This document shows, piece by piece, positions 1 through 5,700 of a stretch of DNA of 21,076 bases. How positions within the stretch are numbered: position 1 is the first letter of the stretch; each line of letters opens with the position of its first letter. A program made the translations under genes and the position numbers. Under the pieces are notes generated by a model. It searched no databases and had not been told where the DNA came from. It saw only the letters and a program-made list of their open reading frames with translations. This DNA is from Planctomycetota bacterium (GTDB lineage Bacteria > Planctomycetota > B15-G4 > SIAN01): NCBI GenBank assembly GCA_031409275.1, contig JANNXA010000006.1, forward strand, positions 1 to 21,076, written 5' to 3'.

Positions 1-567
1 CGCCTCGACCGTGCCGCGTTCGAGTTCCAGCTGATAGGCACCTTCGCGGGTGCGATCGCCGTGTCCCGGGGCCACCCGCAACCGCGTCTGCTCCGACAAC
101 TCGAGCCAGCCGACGTCGCCGACGCGCACGCGCGCGCTCGCTCCGTCACCGCAGACGATGCGGTCGCCGACGCTCAGCGTTTCGGCCGCCGCCTCCGTCG
201 AGCGCTCGCCCGATTCGATGCGCACCCCGCCCTCATGGCGCGCGATCGCGACATCGACGGGGACCGCCGTCGATGGCGTGGCGCCGCCTTGACCGAGCGA
301 CGGTCCGCGATCGAGCACGCGCCACGTCACCCACGATGCGGCCAGCAGCATCGCGGCGGCCGCCGCGCGCATCGCGAAGCGGCGCCATCGCGCGGGCGAT
401 CGCGGCGCGCGAACCTCGTCGCGATCGTCCTCGCGTTCCAGCGAGTCGACGTCGAGCGGCGCCAGTGCGCGCGCGCGCAGCGGTGCCAGCCGTCGTTCGA
501 GATCGGCGACTTCCAGCTCGGGTGTCGCCGTCGGGTCGAAGAGATAGTCGTCGCGCGGCTCGCTCAT
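1..567 (-). CDS. FecR-like transmembrane anti-sigma factor (N-terminal part; runs off the window)
   Basis: Absent from the ORF track because it has no stop inside the window. The ATG at 567..565 overlaps the sigma-factor TGA (ATGA). Manual translation: MSEPRDDYLFDPTATPELEVADLERRLAPLR...RWRRFAMRAAAAAMLLAASWVTW (basic residues then a TM helix)...LSVGDRIVCGDGASARVRVGDVGWLELSEQTRLRV...YQLELERGTVEA. The last part matches the FecR beta-sheet pattern. It lies directly downstream of an ECF sigma gene. Confidence 0.85.
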   Translation of the reverse strand, partial: MSEPRDDYLFDPTATPELEVADLERRLAPLRARALAPLDVDSLEREDDRDEVRAPRSPARWRRFAMRAAAAAMLLAASWVTWRVLDRGPSLGQGGATPSTAVPVDVAIARHEGGVRIESGERSTEAAAETLSVGDRIVCGDGASARVRVGDVGWLELSEQTRLRVAPGHGDRTREGAYQLELERGTVEA

Positions 568-1145
568 TGATGCACTCCACCGCGCAGTCGCTCGCGCAAC
601 AACTCCATGCCACGGTGCAGGTTGACGCGCACGGAGCCGTGCGTGAGCCCGGTCGCCGCCGCGATCTCCGGTCCCGAGAGTCCTTCGATGAGCCGCAGCG
701 CCAGCGTCTCGCGGTAGGCCTCCGGCAGCGCACGCAGCGCGCTCAACGCCTCCGCCCCTTCCGCCGCGAGCTGGGCGTGAAGCTCGGCGCCGGGGGCGGC
801 CAGGCTTTCCGGCAACGACTCGCGCGGCATCGCCTTGCGCGCTCGCCCCGCCAACGACCGGCTGATGGCGAAGAGCCAGGCGCCGAAGCGCTCGGGCTCG
901 CGCAACGCCGCGCGCGCACGCCACGCCTGCAGGAAGGTCTCCTGCAGCAGGTCGTCCACTTCACGCAAGGGCGCATGGGCGAGCAGCAGCGCCCGCACCG
1001 CTCGCGCGAAGCGAGCGTGCAGTTGCGCGAAGGCCGTGCGGTCGCCGGCGCAGGCGGCTCGCGCCAGGCCGACCACCGCATCGCCCTCAATGATCGCGGC
1101 GGGCAGCGTCACCGGCGACCGCGGCACGCATCGACTCGAGGTCAT
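564..1145 (-). CDS. ECF-type RNA polymerase sigma-70 factor
   Basis: Region 2: GDRTAFAQLHARF...VDDLLQETFLQAW...FGAWLFAIS. Region 4: ALRALPEAYRETLALRLIEGLSGPEIAAATGLTHGSVRVNLHRGMELLRERL. The start is uncertain (ATG 1145, GTG 1127 or GTG 1112); the track's 1262 start overlaps the upstream gene too deeply. Confidence 0.93.
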   Translation of the reverse strand: MTSSRCVPRSPVTLPAAIIEGDAVVGLARAACAGDRTAFAQLHARFARAVRALLLAHAPLREVDDLLQETFLQAWRARAALREPERFGAWLFAISRSLAGRARKAMPRESLPESLAAPGAELHAQLAAEGAEALSALRALPEAYRETLALRLIEGLSGPEIAAATGLTHGSVRVNLHRGMELLRERLRGGVHQ

Positions 1146-1617
1146 GCTGGCCCACGAAGACTCCGAAGGTGGAAACGAGGTTGCGTTCGAGCAGGGGCGC
1201 GGGTGCGACCATCGCATGGCGAAGGTGCGCGCGCCAGTCCCCGAGCGCACTGCCGCCTTCACCGTGATCGATGTTCGCGGTCTGGAACGCGACCACCGCC
1301 GATTCGAGCACCGAAAGCAGCGGCTCCCAGCTCGTCAGCTGCGCCGCACCGGCCGGCCCCGCTTGCGGCTCACCGCTCGAGTGGATCGCCATCGGCAGCT
1401 CGGCGGCGGTGACCTTCGATTGGCAGTCGACCCCTTCCGCGAATGGCAACGGAGTCGCGTCGGCCACCTCGATCTCGAAGCAGATCAACGGCGCGCCCCG
1501 CGCCGGCGCGACGGTGCCGACCGGCGCTGCCGAGGCGGCGGCCAGTGCGCTTGCGCTGCACGCGAACGAGATCGCGATCCAGCGCAGCGATGGAGAGATG
1601 GGCCTATCCCTCGTCAC
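1087..1617 (-). CDS. Secreted hypothetical protein (~176 aa) in the ECF operon
   Basis: The GTG at 1617..1615 overlaps the upstream TGA (GTGA). It has a signal-peptide-like N-terminus (LRWIAISFACSASALAAASA) and GC-rich third codon positions. Motifs GAPLICFEIEVADATPLPF and HLRHAMVAPAPLLERNL. Its stop overlaps the start region of the sigma gene. Confidence 0.7.
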   Translation of the reverse strand: MTRDRPISPSLRWIAISFACSASALAAASAAPVGTVAPARGAPLICFEIEVADATPLPFAEGVDCQSKVTAAELPMAIHSSGEPQAGPAGAAQLTSWEPLLSVLESAVVAFQTANIDHGEGGSALGDWRAHLRHAMVAPAPLLERNLVSTFGVFVGQHDLESMRAAVAGDAARRDH

Positions 1618-2525
1618 GAGTCGACTTGGCTCACCGAGATCGACAGCGGCGAAAGGACGCCGCGCAGCCGCGTCGCGAGGTTGGCACACGGCTCCTTGGT
1701 CCAGACCATCAGCGTCTCTCCGTCGCCTCCAGGCGACCACGCCAACACCTGCTCGAGCGACGCGATCGCTTCAGCGACCGGTTGCCACTGCGACGCCGCG
1801 AGCGGAGCTGCGAGCGTCACCGTCGCGCGGGCGGCGCTCTCCGGCCACTCGACCAGCCGCGTCGACTCGGCGCGAACTCGGCTCGCGGTCGCGCGTGGCG
1901 ACGCGCTCGCCAGCGCCTTCGCCAGCGTCGCTTCGAGCTCCGTTGCGGTCGGGGGCGGTGCCGCGAACCGGCCACGCGCCTTGCCATCGGCGCCCACTCG
2001 CCACTCGGTCGCGGCCGGCAACGCGGCGGCGAGCTGCAATTCCAGCGCACCGCACGTCGCCTGGTCGAAGCGAGCGTCGCGTGCCAGCAGCTCGATTTCG
2101 AGCTCGACGACGGAGCGGGTCGGCGGGGCGCCCGACGTGAACCCTTCGCCCGCGAACCCCGCCTTCTTCAGCGCCTCGATCACCTCTCGCTCGAGCAGCG
2201 TGGCGCCAGCGGTCATGGAGATCGTCGCCGTCTTGCAGTCGAAGACGAGGCTCGCGATCCCTTTCAGCGTCGACAAGGCCGCACGGACCTTGGGGCCGCC
2301 GCTTCAGCCAACGCCCGGGATCTTCACCGTGTAGGCCGCGCTGGCGCCCGCCTTGACCGCCGGAGCCGCCGGCGCGGCTTGCACCTGCTGCTCATCGGGA
2401 CTGATCGCGCGCGCCTTCGTGCACGCCGACCCCGCGAGGCAACACCCAAGTGCGAGCAGCACGCCCGAGCGAACCCCGGCACGCGTGCCGCGACTCAACT
2501 GCCACTTCGACGACTGGACCTGCAT
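1614..2525 (-). CDS. Candidate exported selenoprotein with an HMA (heavy-metal-associated)-like domain; in-frame TGA at 2306..2304 (codon 74, putative Sec); ~303 aa
   Basis: Track ORFs 2304..2615 and 1614..2276 share one frame. Read through, it gives AYTVKIPGVG-U-SGGPKVRAALSTLKGIASLVFDCKTATISMTAGATLLEREVIEALKKAGF, an HMA-type pattern with the TGA at the first Cys of GMxCxxC. ATG 2525 has GAGGAG upstream; an alternative in-frame ATG is at 2585. The N-terminus is signal/lipoprotein-like (VLLALGCCLAGSAC). A SECIS-like hairpin follows the TGA. Confidence 0.75.
2266..2303 (-). promoter_or_regulatory. Putative bacterial SECIS element
   Basis: mRNA right after the UGA: AGCGGCGGCCC CAAGG U CC GUGC GG CCUUG UCGACGCU. 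The upper stem CAAGG/CCUUG + CC/GG begins after an 11-nt spacer, has a bulged U, and closes a loop starting GU. A lower stem pairs AGCG with CGCU and CGG with UCG. Folded by eye. Confidence 0.65.
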
Positions 2526-2626
2526 CCTCTGCTCCTCGCGCGCCGCGCCCCGATCGGTCGGCCACGAGCGAGCAGGAGGCGTCATCCCCCGAAGTGTTAA
2601 CCACCGCCGCCACACCCAACGGTGCT

Positions 2627-2738
2627 CACCCAGGTGGCGGGGATCTTTCCTCCGCCGAACCCGCGCCCATCGGCGGCCGAGGGGACGGTGATCGGCGAGT
2701 GTGCGGGACAGGTGGTGGAAAGATCCCCGCCACCGGTG
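2627..2738. repeat. Long imperfect inverted repeat / stem-loop (REP- or MITE-like, or a terminator/processing hairpin)
   Basis: Arm 2633-2656 (ggtggcggggatctttcctccgcc) pairs with arm 2711-2734 (ggtggtggaaagatccccgccacc): 18 bp perfect, 22 of 24 matching. Outer cacc/ggtg and inner cccgcgc/gtgcggg pairing extends it. It abuts the stop codon at 2739. Confidence 0.85.
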
Positions 2739-5700
2739 TCACGGCACGAGGACGCCGAACCAGCGCAGGCTGTTGGCGGCGCGGCCGGTGACCTGCAGTT
2801 CGACGGAGTGGCCGACCGGGAGGAGTGCGGCGGGGAGCGTCAGCGTCATGATCCCGGTGGCGTCCTCGCTGTTGGCGGCGCGGCACTCGAAGTCGAGCTC
2901 GACGTCGCCATCGGCGGAACGCCAGCGAGCGTCCGTCCGGATCGCCTCGAAACCGAGCCACTCCTTGCCATCGAGCGCGAGCGTGAAGCCGGCTCCCGGT
3001 TGCGAGCAAAGGCCCATCGCCGCCGCGAAGCGCAGGCGCACGCGCGACGCGTCACCCGCCAGCGGCTCCGCCGCGCCCGTCCTCCAGCGCACGCTGCCGG
3101 TGCCGTCGAGCTGCCGGCAGTAGTGCATCGGCACGACGCCGAGCCAGCTCGGCTGCTGGAAGTCATCGAAGCGCGCGAGGAGCCGCGCGAAGCCGTTCAG
3201 CGGGCGAGCCGCGAGTTCAGCGCGCGCCGCCGCGATCTGTTCCGGGTTCATCGTGCCGAGCGCGATCGGTCCGCTCTGCAGCCACGCGATCAGGTCGGCG
3301 AGGTCCTGCGCCGCGAGCCCTTCCTCCAGCCCATCCGGCATCAGCGAGAGCTTCGAGGCCTTCACCTCCTTCACGTCTCGACGTGCCAGCACCCGCTTCA
3401 TGTCGTTCGCCTGCAGCAAGGTGAACCCGCCGCTCGACTCGCCGCGGATCAGGCCGGAGAGGTCGCTGCCGTCGTGCAGCACGACGCGGTAGTTGACGTA
3501 CTCGCCATTCACCGCGGCGTTCGGATCGAGGATCGATTCGAGCAGGCGCGGCGCACTGCGATCGCCGAGCGCGGCGAGGTCGGGACCGACGCCGAAGCCG
3601 GTGCCGCGAAATGAATGGCAGCTCGCGCACAACTTGGCGAAACGCTCACGCCCGCGACCGAGATCCCCTCGCAGCTGCAGCGCTGGCTGGAACTGCGCGA
3701 TCACCTGCGCGCGCTTGGGAGTTCCGGCGGGCGCAAGCAGCTTGCCCACGCGCTCGCGCAGCCCCGCGTCGTCGACGTGCAGCAACTGCTCGCGCGCCGC
3801 CGCATCGAGCAGCGTGCGCGACACGGCGCCCGACTCGAGCGCCGCGACCAGATCGACGCGCCACTCGGCCCGCGACAGCAGCAGCGCCAGCGCCTGGCTG
3901 CACAACTGCGGGAGCATCCGTGGCAACGCCTCGAGCAGCAGACCCTGCAGCGGCAGGTCGGTGCGACGAGCGAAGGCGTCGAGCACCGCGTGACCGACGT
4001 CGACCGGCTGCGTCGGGTCGAGGAATCGGGCGAGAGGGTCGAGCAGGTCGAGGCCGCCTTGGTCGAGCGGCGCGGCGCCGCCCTGCCGGAAGAAGAGTGC
4101 GAGCGCGGCGGTCGCGGTCGGCGCGTCGATCTCGTCACGCTTGAGCGCCTCGACCGCAGCGCCGAGCATCTCGGTCAACCGCTCGTCGAGCGCGAAGCCG
4201 CCCGCTGCGAGCCGGCGCGAATCGTCGCGCGCACACGAGTCGACGAACCAATGCTCGTCCGCCAGCTCGCCGTGGCTCTCCATCCCTTGCAGCAACGGCG
4301 CGACCGCGCGCCAACGCCACACCTCGCTTGCCGCCGCATCGTCGTGGCCGACCAGCGCATCGAGCACATGAAGCTTCTCGTGGTGGGATTCCGGCGGAAG
4401 CGCGCCCGCCGTCGTGACGACGGCATCGAGCGCCTGCTGTTGCGCCGACGTGCGCTCCATCACGGCGAGCAGCGCCTCCAGCAATGCCGCGGCGTGGATC
4501 GGCGCCGCGCTGATGGCCGCCGCGCGGATCCACGGATCGTCGGCGTAGGCAACGATCGCCTCGCCGAGCAGCGTGCCCGCGAGGCGGGTCTTGCACTCGC
4601 CGAGCGCCATCACCGATGCCAGGCGCTCGGCGCGCGTTGGCTCGAACGAGGCGCGCGGTGCGGCGCCGTCGGGCAGACTCGTATCGAGCTCCTTCCAGTT
4701 CGCGGGCGTCCAGACGCTCCATTCCGTCACTGGAACGGGCGGCGCCATCGATCCACCCACGTCGTTGGCAGCGCTCGATTCTTCCGTCAGCGCGACAAGC
4801 CATCGCTCGGCCAGCGGCATGCAGGCGGCACGCACGTCGGGCAGCTGGTTCAGCGCTAGCAGATCGCTCACGTCGTCTTCCGCGAGCCATCCCAGCTGCT
4901 CGAAGCACCACGCCTCCTGCACCTTCGCTGCCGGAGTCCGAGCGCGCTGCTTCGTCGCGAGTTGGGCGGCGGCGCGCGCCCCGAAGGAGTCCGACGCACC
5001 GCGCTCCGACTTCGTCACCTTCGCCAGCAGCTCGCGATGCGCCAGATCGCGGACGACGCCGTTGTCGGCGACCAACGCCTCGCGCAGCTCGCTCACGCCA
5101 GTCGCCGCGAGGTCGGCGACCTTGCGCAGCGGCGCCCCCTTCTTCACGACGCGCCACAGCCGTCCCATCGTCGCACCGGCGCGCACGTCGAGTTGCGCGA
5201 GCTTCGCGGCCGGGATCCAGCGCGGGTGCTCGATCACGAAGCGGTACATGTCGACGATCCACAACGCGCCATCGGGCCCGGTCGTCGCCTGCACGGGCCG
5301 AAACCACGGGTCGCGGCTCGCAAGGAACTCGCGCTGCTGCTCCTCTGGCGCGCGCCGTCCGGTGGCGCAGGAGCCGTCGCGATCGAGCACGGTGCGGCGC
5401 ACGACGTTCGCCACCGGTTCGCAGGTGAAGGCGTTGCCCTGGAACTCCGCGCCAAGCCACGTATCGCGGTAGATCCCGAGCCCGCACGCCGCCGTCACTC
5501 GACTGGCATCGCCGGCATCGTTGAAGCGCTCGAGCACCGTGCTGATCTGGAAGAGGCCGCGCGGATCCGCGTCCGCCAGCACGTTCCAGCGCGGATCGAG
5601 CGGCGCGACGAACGGGTTGCGGCGAAGCACGTGATCGGCGAGCGGGAACTGGAAGAGCAACCAGCTCGAGTCGCAGCCGAACCAGCGGCCGAAGTCATCG

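Noticed and set aside
273..2600. + strand ORFs 273..1412, 835..2334 and 1443..2600
   Set aside because: They are shadows of the minus-strand ECF operon and have no independent coding evidence.
2304..2615. Stand-alone 103-aa protein plus a separate 220-aa protein starting at TTG 2276
   Set aside because: The split falls in the middle of an HMA-like motif, the two ORFs are in frame, and TTG 2276 has no clear SD. A single recoded gene explains the data better, although a nonsense pseudogene is not formally excluded.
2627..2738. Inverted repeat read as a tRNA (including tRNA-Sec) or a classic intrinsic terminator
   Set aside because: No cloverleaf, T-loop or UCA anticodon arm was recognisable, and no poly-U tail follows the stem on either strand.
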